This document shows, piece after piece, positions 31,003 through 40,670 of a stretch of DNA of 64,000 bases. The position numbers and the translations under genes were made by a program. This DNA comes from Deltaproteobacteria bacterium. Lineage in GTDB: Bacteria; SAR324; XYD2-FULL-50-16. The DNA is taken from positions 15,277-79,276 of the forward strand of contig JABHWU010000124.1 in NCBI GenBank assembly GCA_018657625.1, read 5' to 3'. Each line of letters starts with the position of its first letter. Positions within the stretch are counted from its first letter, which is position 1. The notes beneath the pieces were generated by a model, which was not told where the DNA came from, did no database searches, and saw nothing but the letters and a program-made list of their open reading frames with translations.

Positions 31003-33126
31003 TTATTTTCCTTTGTAAAAACTAACATTATATCGATCCCAGATCTTTAAAACAAAACTTAAAGGCTTAATCATCGGAACCGTATAAGAAGGAAATTTTC
31101 TACTGTACAGATAGGAGCGGCACCGGTTCACATAATCGGAAAAACCTCTGGGTGAAAAGATCAACGGTTTTTTTAGTTCTGATTTCAATTCAAGTAATCG
31201 CTCAGGTAAATATTCACTAAGCAGCGGTACCTGTAGATATATAGCGGCAATAACAACATCGGAATTCGGGTCCTCATCTATGATGCGAAGCGTTTCCAGC
31301 AATCGATCATCACCACAGTCGCCAAATAAATCTATCGGATTATGACCAATACTTTCCAGAATTTTTTCACTATTTTCCAATTTATTAGGGGCAAGGTTAG
31401 CTTTCATTAAATTTCTTAAGCGAAGGATCGTTTCCGGAGCAAATTGAGCCAATTGCATTCCTTCTTCAGTGACCTGATCTGCTAACAATATTCCAGCACC
31501 ACCGCCAACACTCACTACGGCAATTCGATCTCCTTCAGTTTTAGGCTGACTAATCAACATGGATAAAATGTTGACCAGAATTTTGGGATCTTCGGTTAAT
31601 TCATCCACTAGAAAAAAGCCCGCTTGTTTGCAACAGGCCTTAAAAGCCTCATGGCTTCCAGCCAAAGAAGCGGTATGGGACATAGCGGCTTCTGCGCCAC
31701 CCCCAATACCACCTTTTATGACCAGAACCGGTTTTTTTTGGGATACTTCCCGTCCTATTTCCATCAATTTTAATCCATCTGCTATTCCTTCCAGATATAT
31801 GGCTATAATATCTATATTAGTATCCTCTCCCATATGTGCTAAAAGCTCTGGTACTCCAACACAACTGGCATTACCGATGGAAACCCATTTACCAACATCC
31901 AGATTATCCGCCGAGAACATTTCCAGAAGTTCAAGGCCGATACCACCGCTTTGGGAAATGATACCGATATTATTAGCTGTATGTACTGCGGACGATCTCA
32001 ATTCCGGGATAAAATTGGTATTGAGTTTTGAAAAATTATCAATTACCCCCATACAATTTGGACCGATATAAGGTACATTATATTCCAATGAAAGCTCTTT
32101 TAACCGCTCTTCCAGATCAATACGTCCCACTTCTGCAAAGCCATCACTAAAAATAACCGCTCCTTTACCACCTATTTTACAAAACGCTTCAAAAATAGAT
32201 ACCGTTCGTTCAGCATTTACCGCAAACACACCTACTTCCGGAATTTCCGGTAAATCTTTCAGACTAGGATAACACTTGATTCCATGAATTTTTTCCAGTT
32301 TTGGATGAATCGGATATAGTTTTTTAATGCCCAGGCAGTTTTTCAATATCACTCCCCCCTGGGTTCCGGGACGAGAGGCGCCAATAATCGCTACCGATTT
32401 GGCATCAAAAATCGCTTTCAAACTATCCAGTTTTTCACTGGATAGTTCGGTAGAAGTCGGGTATACAACTGGAATTCCTTGAATGACGCGTGTATCTACT
32501 AATGCCAGCCCCTCTTCATAAACCAATACCGGATTCAGATCCAGTTCCAGAATCTCCGGATGGGCTGCCATCAAAGTTGAAACTTGTATTGTTAGCTTTA
32601 CAACAGCTTCCAGATCCAGTTTTTCACCACGATACCCGGATAATATCTGGCCAGCTTTAGTTTCAGAAAGCATTCTCAAAATATCATCCCGATTTAACTT
32701 CCCGATTCCCGTAGCAGCATCAGAATACAGTTCCACATATTTCCCCCCCAGACCAATCATGGTAATCGGTCCGAAACTGGGGTCCTGTTTTGCTCCAACC
32801 AGCAGTTCAAATCCGACTTTGGCCATATGCTGAACCAAAACTCCATCCAAATCTTTAACTCGAAACCCTACTTGTTCAATATTTTTAATCAGTAAATCAT
32901 AGGCCTCCTGCAATTCCGTCTGATTACTGATATTGAGATGAACAGCCCCAATATCAGATTTGTGAATAATTCTATCTGATATGGCTTTGATAACAAGCGG
33001 ATACCCAATGATTTCCCCCACCTGAATTGCCTCTTCCTTGGAAGAAGCTAACCTTCCTTGAGCCGCAATACCGTATGAATTTAAAAGGTCATAACTTTCC
33101 TGAATACCTAGCTGTTTTTTTGACAT
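31003..33126 (-). CDS. acetate--CoA ligase (ADP-forming), fused alpha/beta subunits (NDP-forming acyl-CoA synthetase)
   Basis: 707 aa: N-terminal ATP-grasp, then CoA-binding (KSVAIIGASRPG), succinyl-CoA-synthetase-like ligase-CoA domain. Confidence 0.75.
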   Translation of the reverse strand: MSKKQLGIQESYDLLNSYGIAAQGRLASSKEEAIQVGEIIGYPLVIKAISDRIIHKSDIGAVHLNISNQTELQEAYDLLIKNIEQVGFRVKDLDGVLVQHMAKVGFELLVGAKQDPSFGPITMIGLGGKYVELYSDAATGIGKLNRDDILRMLSETKAGQILSGYRGEKLDLEAVVKLTIQVSTLMAAHPEILELDLNPVLVYEEGLALVDTRVIQGIPVVYPTSTELSSEKLDSLKAIFDAKSVAIIGASRPGTQGGVILKNCLGIKKLYPIHPKLEKIHGIKCYPSLKDLPEIPEVGVFAVNAERTVSIFEAFCKIGGKGAVIFSDGFAEVGRIDLEERLKELSLEYNVPYIGPNCMGVIDNFSKLNTNFIPELRSSAVHTANNIGIISQSGGIGLELLEMFSADNLDVGKWVSIGNASCVGVPELLAHMGEDTNIDIIAIYLEGIADGLKLMEIGREVSQKKPVLVIKGGIGGGAEAAMSHTASLAGSHEAFKACCKQAGFFLVDELTEDPKILVNILSMLISQPKTEGDRIAVVSVGGGAGILLADQVTEEGMQLAQFAPETILRLRNLMKANLAPNKLENSEKILESIGHNPIDLFGDCGDDRLLETLRIIDEDPNSDVVIAAIYLQVPLLSEYLPERLLELKSELKKPLIFSPRGFSDYVNRCRSYLYSRKFPSYTVPMIKPLSFVLKIWDRYNVSFYKGK

Positions 33127-33179
33127 TGATAAATCTCTCCAAAGATAAAAGTCAGGTTTTACCGTGATTTATAGAAGCT

Positions 33180-33270
33180 GTTAACAAACTTGTATTTTGT
33201 GCCTTTAAAATCAAAGTGTTATTAAGTGTCATCTCAACGAAGAATGAGGAGAGATCTTTTTTATCTCAAT
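33180..33270 (+). repeat. about 90 bp intergenic repeat, family 2, copy A
   Basis: gttaacaaactt...ctttaaaatcaaagtgttattaagtgtcatctcaacgaagaatgaggagagatcttttttatctcaa, about 80% identical to 49961-50048 in the same orientation. Confidence 0.45.
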
Positions 33271-33411
33271 TAAGGTTTTTAACTGGATTTTCATCTGTTT
33301 TGGAGTCACAAAATCTGTATTAATAAAAACTTTAATAACCATTATTCTTTTGGTCGATTAACCAGCGCCTTGAGGTAACTGATGGGAGAAAAGGGTCTAA
33401 CTGCTATTGTT

Positions 33412-34056
<645 letters not shown>

Positions 34057-34245
34057 TTATACCGGTCCCTGATTGAGAACCAGCCAGTAAACACCGAGTT
34101 GCTGTATTGCCTGATTAAATTGCTCGAAGTTAACAGGCTTTCTAATATAGCTATTCGCACCTAGTTTATAACTTTCGATTCTGTCACGATCTTCGATGGA
34201 TGTTGTTAGATTGTCTTCAACTAATAAAATAAATTGACCATTCAT
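34057..34245 (-). pseudogene. internally deleted receiver-domain fragment (62 aa)
   Basis: Begins with canonical beta1 (ILLVEDN) and jumps directly to alpha4/beta5 (GANSYIRKP). The phospho-acceptor Asp region is missing. Lies 13 bp after the upstream HK stop. Confidence 0.45.
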
Positions 34246-34257
34246 TTTTCCTCTGAA

Positions 34258-35199
34258 CTATAAGGTAAAATAAAAAACTGCACCCTGACCAACAGCACCT
34301 TCAGCCCTAATCGTCCCACCGTGACGATGGATGATGCGTTGGACGGTTGCTAATCCGATGCCTGTACCTTCAAATTCTGATAGTGAGTGAAACCTTTGAA
34401 AAGCACCGAATAACTTATTTGCATAAGCCATATCAAAACCAGCACCATTATCTTTAATATAAAAAATGGGCTGCTCATTTTCAATGATCTTACTAAATTC
34501 AATCTTTGCTTTTTCGGTTTTACCGGTAAACTTCCAGGCATTTCCCAATAAATTGTCTAAGACAGCCTGGATTAAATTCGAATCAGCATTAACCCTGATC
34601 CCTGGAGTCACTTCTATCGCAACCTCCCTCTCACTATCCAGTTGTTTCAAATTCTCCAAAGTTGAAAGCACTAGTTTACTTAAATCAATATCTTTCCTGT
34701 TCATTTCACAACGTGTCATCCGTGACATTATTAACAGATCATCAATCAGGCTTCCCATTCGATGACAGCCACCCCGAACCCTGTTAATGTAATCTTTACC
34801 ATTATCATCCAGTTGATCGTGATAATCTTCCATCAGCGCTAAACTAAATCCGTCAATCCCGCGCAAGGGTGCCCGTAAATCATGTGAAACAGAATAGGCA
34901 AAAGAATCCAGTTCCTGATTGGCAGCTTCCAACTGAATCGTCCGTTCTTTAACTCTTTGTTCTAAACCGATATTCAATTCACGAACTTGTGGTTCAACTT
35001 GAACGCGTTCCTGTATTTCACTTTTAAGATCTTTGGTTCGGTCTACCACAAGTGAACTCATTCGTCTATTGAATAGAGTTAAAGCCATAATGGCAATGAA
35101 ACCGGTAACCAGAGAAGCAAACACAATTTGTCTATAATTATAAGTAGTGTCTGGCCGAGAATAACTTTGTTTGCTAATGATCCGGTAATCTGGGTACAC
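34258..35199 (-). CDS. sensor histidine kinase (single TM, HisKA+HATPase), N-terminus encoded within a MITE copy
   Basis: H-box FAYSVSHDLRAPLRGI, N box LGNAWKF, G boxes DNGAGFD and GTGIGLA. GTG start and first about 6 codons fall inside the MITE fragment 35182-35285. Confidence 0.7.
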   Translation of the reverse strand: MYPDYRIISKQSYSRPDTTYNYRQIVFASLVTGFIAIMALTLFNRRMSSLVVDRTKDLKSEIQERVQVEPQVRELNIGLEQRVKERTIQLEAANQELDSFAYSVSHDLRAPLRGIDGFSLALMEDYHDQLDDNGKDYINRVRGGCHRMGSLIDDLLIMSRMTRCEMNRKDIDLSKLVLSTLENLKQLDSEREVAIEVTPGIRVNADSNLIQAVLDNLLGNAWKFTGKTEKAKIEFSKIIENEQPIFYIKDNGAGFDMAYANKLFGAFQRFHSLSEFEGTGIGLATVQRIIHRHGGTIRAEGAVGQGAVFYFTL

Positions 35200-35285
35200 G
35201 TAACAATCTGGTATCTAAAAGATTGAACCTTTACTAAAAAGTGTACATGTCCCCAAATTACCTACTTTTCGTTCAGACACTAAGT
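35182..35285 (-). mobile_element. MITE-like element, copy 2 (5'-truncated, about 104 bp)
   Basis: Retains inner repeat and one terminal repeat (ccggtaatctgggtacacgtaaca...tgtacatgtccccaaattacctacttttcgttcagacactaagt). The other 17 bp terminus is absent. Confidence 0.55.
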
Positions 35286-35464
35286 ATGAACGGCATCGAA
35301 GGATTTTCAAAAATATTGGTCCACCGAATATAACGCGAATGAAATACCAAAAAACAAGAACTGATAAAAAATTAAATGTCACTATTCTGATTGCTTCGAT
35401 TTTAACAAAGGTTCATAGTATTTTATAAAGTCAAACACCTAAATTTACCCACTAAAACCAAATA

Positions 35465-36787
35465 ATGAACAAGTTATTACTCAATCCCAACTTTCCTTTT
35501 AAACCCAAAAAATTTCCTTTTTTTTATGGCTGGATGATCGCACTCCTTGCGACAATAGGCATGATTTCCAGCATCCCCGGCCAAACGATGGGTGTTGGGG
35601 TGTTTACTGAATATCTGATCAAAAAAACAGGATTGAATCGATTGGAAATCAGTCTGGCCTATATGACTGGAACCATAATCAGCAGCCTGATTGTACCTTT
35701 TGCCGGAAGAGTCCTTGACAAGCTGGGTGCAAGGACAATGGTTATTATCGCAGGTCTGGGGTTAAGTCTGGCTTTACTTTTACTGGCAGGTTTTGGAGAG
35801 TGGAATCAATCAATGCTTGGTTTTATTCCCTGGTTCTCTGTCACGGTAAAAGCAACTGTTATCATGATTTTTATTTTTTTATTGCTTAGACAGTTCGGAC
35901 AGGGAATCATGACCATGACTAGTCGAAATATGTTATCAAAATGGTTTGAAACCAGAAGAGGTTTAGTTGGTGGTATCAGTGGTGTTGCTGTTTCGTTTGG
36001 TTTCTCAATTGCTCCCCAGGTCATGAATGACTTAATTCGTCATTTTGATTATATTCAGACCATCCTCATTATGGCACTGACTTGCGGTTTAGGTACTGCG
36101 ATCCTTGGTTGGTTATTCTTCAGGGATAATCCCGAAGAGTGTGGGCTTTTAATGGATAATGGGTCTATCACCGGAAGAAAGGTTAACCCGGAACAATCTA
36201 CCAGAGCGGTCACTTTAGTTGAAGCCAGAAAAACATATGACTTCTGGATTTTTTGTCTGGGAATGTGTTCATCTTCCTTTATCATTACCGGATTTACATT
36301 CCATATCAGTTCCATTGGAAAAATCGCTGGATTGAGTAGAGATCAATCCTTTGAAATATTCCTACCCATAGCGATTATTAGCGTTATAACCCATTTTATT
36401 GGCGGCTGGATTAGCGACAGAGTACCCTTAAAATACTTATTAATGTTACAGGTTTTGAACCTGGGAATTGGTTCAATGGCCTTAATGGAGTTTCAAAACA
36501 TCTGGTATCAATATCTTGTAATCGCTTGTTTTGGAATTCAAAGTGGGCTATGGGCCGTTTTGTCAATGGTAACCTGGCCCCGTTTTTTTGGAAGAACGCA
36601 TCTGGGTGCCATCGCTGGTTTAGCCATGGGGTGTCAGGTTTTTGCCAGTGCCATTGGCCCCCCCGTTTTCGGAGCCTCTCAAAGTTGGACGGGAGACTAT
36701 AACACCGCTGCCTGGATCGCCGGGATCTTAAATTTACTTTTATTTATAGGAGCAACAAAAGCCAAGGTATATTACAAGAAAAAATGA
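35465..36787 (+). CDS. MFS transporter
   Basis: 440 aa, 12 predicted TM, MFS-type loop motifs (GRVLDKLGARTM). Confidence 0.8.
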   Translation: MNKLLLNPNFPFKPKKFPFFYGWMIALLATIGMISSIPGQTMGVGVFTEYLIKKTGLNRLEISLAYMTGTIISSLIVPFAGRVLDKLGARTMVIIAGLGLSLALLLLAGFGEWNQSMLGFIPWFSVTVKATVIMIFIFLLLRQFGQGIMTMTSRNMLSKWFETRRGLVGGISGVAVSFGFSIAPQVMNDLIRHFDYIQTILIMALTCGLGTAILGWLFFRDNPEECGLLMDNGSITGRKVNPEQSTRAVTLVEARKTYDFWIFCLGMCSSSFIITGFTFHISSIGKIAGLSRDQSFEIFLPIAIISVITHFIGGWISDRVPLKYLLMLQVLNLGIGSMALMEFQNIWYQYLVIACFGIQSGLWAVLSMVTWPRFFGRTHLGAIAGLAMGCQVFASAIGPPVFGASQSWTGDYNTAAWIAGILNLLLFIGATKAKVYYKKK

Positions 36788-37255
36788 CTAAACATGTTTA
36801 ATCATAATAATAAAAGGAATTTTCTTTTGATTTTGAAACGCCTGTGTCACGTTAAATCCCACATTTTTATATAGATTGATCGCCCGCTTATTAAATGCTG
36901 CAACGCTCAACCGTAATTTTTGCGGTTGATATTTTTTAATTCCATGTTCTAAAATGGCAGATAAAAAAGAATTCCCGTTTCCATGTCCGGTTAAATCCGG
37001 GCGCATTCCAAAACCAACATCCAATGCTTCTAAGGAATAATCCCCTCCCGAAACCCGGGCATCTCCCCCGAAACAACAGTATCCAATAATCTGGTTTTCA
37101 AAATTGTAAATTAAATGATATTGATGCTTATCTAATAAGTAACTATTGACGGCATCAACAGGATCGGTTTGGTTATAATTATTATAAGGGGGAGCATATT
37201 CCCAACTCGCAATAGTGATTGCTCCCTGAACATTAATTGATTCAATTTTTAACAT
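36788..37255 (-). CDS. GNAT family N-acetyltransferase
   Basis: 155 aa. Acetyl-CoA binding motif RGHGNGNSFL and GNAT beta-alpha core. Confidence 0.75.
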   Translation of the reverse strand: MLKIESINVQGAITIASWEYAPPYNNYNQTDPVDAVNSYLLDKHQYHLIYNFENQIIGYCCFGGDARVSGGDYSLEALDVGFGMRPDLTGHGNGNSFLSAILEHGIKKYQPQKLRLSVAAFNKRAINLYKNVGFNVTQAFQNQKKIPFIIMIKHV

Positions 37256-37384
37256 ACTTTTGTTTAATCGGATTTCTGTTCAGTATAAATACAGACATTC
37301 AGTCTTGCCCTGCTCAATCGTAACTTTGTATTTTATTCAGCAACCGTCAATGATAATTGAATACTATTTGACAATCAATTAATT

Positions 37385-38179
37385 ATGATCCGAAAGTTTT
37401 ATTATTTGATGTCTTTTTTTATATTCTTCATTCTTCCATTCAGTTCTGAGATATCTTTGGCCGATTTTATGGAAATAGAACTCATTTATATTAAGGGAGG
37501 TTGTTATCAAATGGGAGATACATTTGGTGATGGAGAGTATGATGAAACCCCACTCCATAAAGTCTGTGTCAAAGACTTTTATCTGGGTAAGTATGAAATT
37601 ACCCAGGGACAATGGACCAAAATAATGGGTAACAATCCTTCAGCTTTTCCAAGTGGCAATTCCCATCCTGTAGAGTGGGTCAGCTGGAATGATACACAAC
37701 AGTTTTTGAAAACCATTAATCGGGTTACAGGAGAGACATACCGTTTACCGACAGAGGCAGAATGGGAGTTTGCTTGTAGAGCCCGGGGTCAAAATATTAA
37801 ATTTGGTACTCAAACCGGTAATCTAACCCCGCATCTGGCTAACTACGGATCTGAAAAATTTGGAGAGGGTAGTGCATTGGATGGCTTTGAATTTACATCC
37901 CCTGTGGGTAGTTACCCGCCCAATCAGCTAGGTCTATATGATATGTCAGGTAATGTTTGGGAATGGGTGAGTGACTGGAAAGAAATCAATGATAATTACT
38001 ACCAGCGCAGTCCTGAAGAAAATCCACAAGGTGCTGAAAAGACCAGGCGCAAGGTCGGACGTGGCGGATCCTGGAATTTTAGTTCTAGGGCACTACGTTG
38101 TTCCAATCGTTTTAGTAACTGGATCCAAGCGAACTGTTTAAGTTATGGTTTTAGAATAGCCAAGGACGTCATCCAATAG
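37385..38179 (+). CDS. formylglycine-generating enzyme (FGE-sulfatase/SUMF1) family protein, secreted
   Basis: Signal peptide, then GKYEITQGQWTKIMG, WVSWND, RLPTEAEWEFACRA, GNVWEWVSDW, RGGSW...RCSNR, hallmark FGE-sulfatase domain motifs. Confidence 0.8.
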   Translation: MIRKFYYLMSFFIFFILPFSSEISLADFMEIELIYIKGGCYQMGDTFGDGEYDETPLHKVCVKDFYLGKYEITQGQWTKIMGNNPSAFPSGNSHPVEWVSWNDTQQFLKTINRVTGETYRLPTEAEWEFACRARGQNIKFGTQTGNLTPHLANYGSEKFGEGSALDGFEFTSPVGSYPPNQLGLYDMSGNVWEWVSDWKEINDNYYQRSPEENPQGAEKTRRKVGRGGSWNFSSRALRCSNRFSNWIQANCLSYGFRIAKDVIQ

Positions 38180-38191
38180 TTTCTAAATCAT

Positions 38192-39139
38192 TTATAGATC
38201 TAAGGCTTTAAGCTTCAATATTAATGCTTCCTGTTCTTTGGTTAATTTGTCAGGTGTTTGAACAACCAATTGAATCAATAAACTCCCGTTTTCACCGTTT
38301 GGATTTGTGATTCCTTTTCCCTTAATTCTCAAAAAGGAGTTGTTTTTACTAAGGGGTGGTATTTTTAGGTCAATTTTTTTCCCATCCAATGTTTCAGTAT
38401 TAATAGATCCGCCCAATAATAAATCAGTAATTTTAACCTCTTGTTTCAGGATTATATCGTTTCCTTCTCTCTCATATTTTTCATGGGGTTGGACTTTAAT
38501 ACGACAATACAAATCTCCTCTGATACCGGTTAAGGGATGCGGATTTCCTTTATTTTTAAGTTTGAGCCTTTTCCCTTTTTCAATTCCTGCCGGGATTGCC
38601 AATACCAGTTTGTCAACGCCTTGACCGGTATTAAGAGAGATTGTTTTTTTCCCCCCCTGTACGGACTCCAGAAAAGTCAATTCCAATTCTGTTTCAATAT
38701 CATTCCCTGCAGGTTGTGAATTAGATTTTCTTCTTTGCCCTGATCGTTTTTCAAACTGTTGACCACCGAAATCAAAAGAAAAATTGGATTTTTTGTTGCC
38801 GGAACCACCAAAAAATGAGGAAAAGATATTTTGTCCTGAGCCACCATCAAAACCAAATTCATTAAAGATGTTCCCAAAATCAAATCCACTGAAAATATCT
38901 TCCTGGGAGTACCGATTTGAAAAACCTTCTGCGCCAAACTGATCATATTGCCGTCGTTTTTCATCATTACTTAAGACAGCATAGGCTTCATTGATTTTCT
39001 TAAATTTTTCTTCAGATGCTTTATCGCCTTTATTTTTATCCGGGTGATGTTTAATTGCGAGTTTTTTATAGGCTTTTTTAATCTGATCTTTCGACGCATT
39101 TTTAGAAACACCAAGTATTTGATAATAATCTTCTGCCAT
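38192..39139 (-). CDS. CbpA-like J-domain protein (DnaJ without zinc finger)
   Basis: N-terminal J domain (YYQILGV...HPDKN), G/F-rich linker, two DnaJ C-terminal beta-domains. No CxxCxGxG repeats. Confidence 0.75.
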   Translation of the reverse strand: MAEDYYQILGVSKNASKDQIKKAYKKLAIKHHPDKNKGDKASEEKFKKINEAYAVLSNDEKRRQYDQFGAEGFSNRYSQEDIFSGFDFGNIFNEFGFDGGSGQNIFSSFFGGSGNKKSNFSFDFGGQQFEKRSGQRRKSNSQPAGNDIETELELTFLESVQGGKKTISLNTGQGVDKLVLAIPAGIEKGKRLKLKNKGNPHPLTGIRGDLYCRIKVQPHEKYEREGNDIILKQEVKITDLLLGGSINTETLDGKKIDLKIPPLSKNNSFLRIKGKGITNPNGENGSLLIQLVVQTPDKLTKEQEALILKLKALDL

Positions 39140-39235
39140 TTTTGTCAGTTAAAAAATTTAGATTAAAATAATGATTCAATTTCCCAGTATTCTCAATTTT
39201 ATATTATAGACTACTTTCATTCAATACTAAAAATT

Positions 39236-39379
39236 AAGTAGTGGCTGAACGAAAATTCAATTATTGAATATTAGTCCGGTAATTAGGGTACACGTAACAA
39301 CTTGGTATTTAATTATTAAAGTGTTTTCTACAAATTGTACATGTCCCCAAATTACCTATTTTTCGTTCAGACACTAAGT
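39236..39379 (-). mobile_element. MITE-like element, copy 3 (inverted orientation)
   Basis: agtggctgaacgaaaat...ttttcgttcagacact with AAGT on both flanks. Collinear with copy 1 as reverse complement. Confidence 0.6.
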
Positions 39380-39385
39380 AGGAAA

Positions 39386-39844
39386 TTAATTAGTATATTT
39401 TGCTTTTGATTTATGACCATCTGCCATCAATTTTTCCTGCTCTATTTCAACCCGAACACATTCTTGACTCCAATCGATTACACGAAGAATATATTTTTTT
39501 GCTAATCCGATTTTTTTCCCGGCAGCAACAACATAATCAATTTCATGATGGGTAAGTTCTGTATCTACAAAAGCGGTATGCGCTAAAATCATAATAATTT
39601 TAACAGCTGTCTGTCGATCAGTTTTAAACTGTTCCAGTTCCGGTAATGACCGTTTTTTGATTTGGTTAATTATTTGATTTACCAATTTAGCATCATCCAA
39701 AAAGCCGATGGCTTCCCGCAGTATTTTTAATTCTTCTTTTTTCAAAACATCATCAGCAACGATTACCCCTGCAATTGCTTTTGCTGTCCAAGTTTTTGCT
39801 TCATCAGACAATGTTTCAATGGAAGTTCCGGTCATGATATTCAT
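39386..39844 (-). CDS. TerB-like / DjlA-N-terminal-like domain protein
   Basis: 152 aa all-helical with paired acidic/hydrophobic repeat (KEELKILREAIGFLDD ... HHEIDYVVAAGKKIGL) resembling the TerB fold. Pattern-level call only. Confidence 0.4.
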   Translation of the reverse strand: MNIMTGTSIETLSDEAKTWTAKAIAGVIVADDVLKKEELKILREAIGFLDDAKLVNQIINQIKKRSLPELEQFKTDRQTAVKIIMILAHTAFVDTELTHHEIDYVVAAGKKIGLAKKYILRVIDWSQECVRVEIEQEKLMADGHKSKAKYTN

Positions 39845-39943
39845 TCAATAAAAATAATTTCTAAATAAGTTAAAGATGAATCAAATTGGGATATGATTTA
39901 GCAAACAATGTTCCTAAATCCTCATAACTTTCTGGTTTTTGTA

Positions 39944-40519
39944 TTATTTATTGAAACATCGATTTCCTTTTACTTTTCTCAGATTTTTTAACATTTTTTT
40001 GGCGATAGGTTTTGATCGGACCAATACAGATATTTCATTATTCCAGTGCAGGGCTGAAGCACTTAAATTATGACTCCCAACAAAACTTAAATAGTCATCA
40101 ATAACAATTACCTTGGTGTGTGTTTGTGTTTTCAGAGTATCAAAACAAACGCTAATTTTATTTTGTCTCAATTTTATAGCTACTTTTTGATTTTCACTGT
40201 TTAAGGTATGATTAAATCCGGATTTTTCCAAGAGAATTTTGACAGCAACACCTCTTTTTCTAGCTTTAATCAGTTCATTTACAACGATAACGACTGGATT
40301 TTTAGGATTTTTTGTTGTTTTGAAAAGATACATACTGATGTAAATTGAGACTTTTGCACGTTTAATTTCATAAACCAAGGTTTCAAAATAATGTTTATTG
40401 TTCAATATCACTATTTTTGCCTGATACTCGTAAAGATTTGGTTTTTTTTCAGTCAGAGCAAGTCCATTAGACATCCAGGAAACCGAAATCACTACAAATA
40501 AACATATATATCGCCTCAT
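39944..40519 (-). CDS. phospholipase D-family nuclease (Nuc-like, single HKD motif), secreted
   Basis: Signal peptide, then HTKVIVIDD...GSHNLSASALHWNNE (H-x-K-x4-D plus GSxN). 191 aa, as in Nuc-type endonucleases. Confidence 0.7.
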   Translation of the reverse strand: MRRYICLFVVISVSWMSNGLALTEKKPNLYEYQAKIVILNNKHYFETLVYEIKRAKVSIYISMYLFKTTKNPKNPVVIVVNELIKARKRGVAVKILLEKSGFNHTLNSENQKVAIKLRQNKISVCFDTLKTQTHTKVIVIDDYLSFVGSHNLSASALHWNNEISVLVRSKPIAKKMLKNLRKVKGNRCFNK

Positions 40520-40670
40520 ATAAAGTTTCCATGACTAATAAGGGTAAACAGAAATTGGTATTTTGGTAGATTTTTTAAACCAAACGTATTATCAGAGTAA
40601 GATATCAAAGCTTATTATAAAGTTAACCTAATTGAACTCATTAATATGAGTCAAGTATTTGTGATATCTA

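Noticed and set aside
31559-32071. 170 aa antisense ORF within the acetyl-CoA synthetase gene
   Set aside because: The opposite-strand gene has clear domain motifs along its whole length. The antisense ORF is Ser/Pro/Ala-rich, as expected for a shadow frame.
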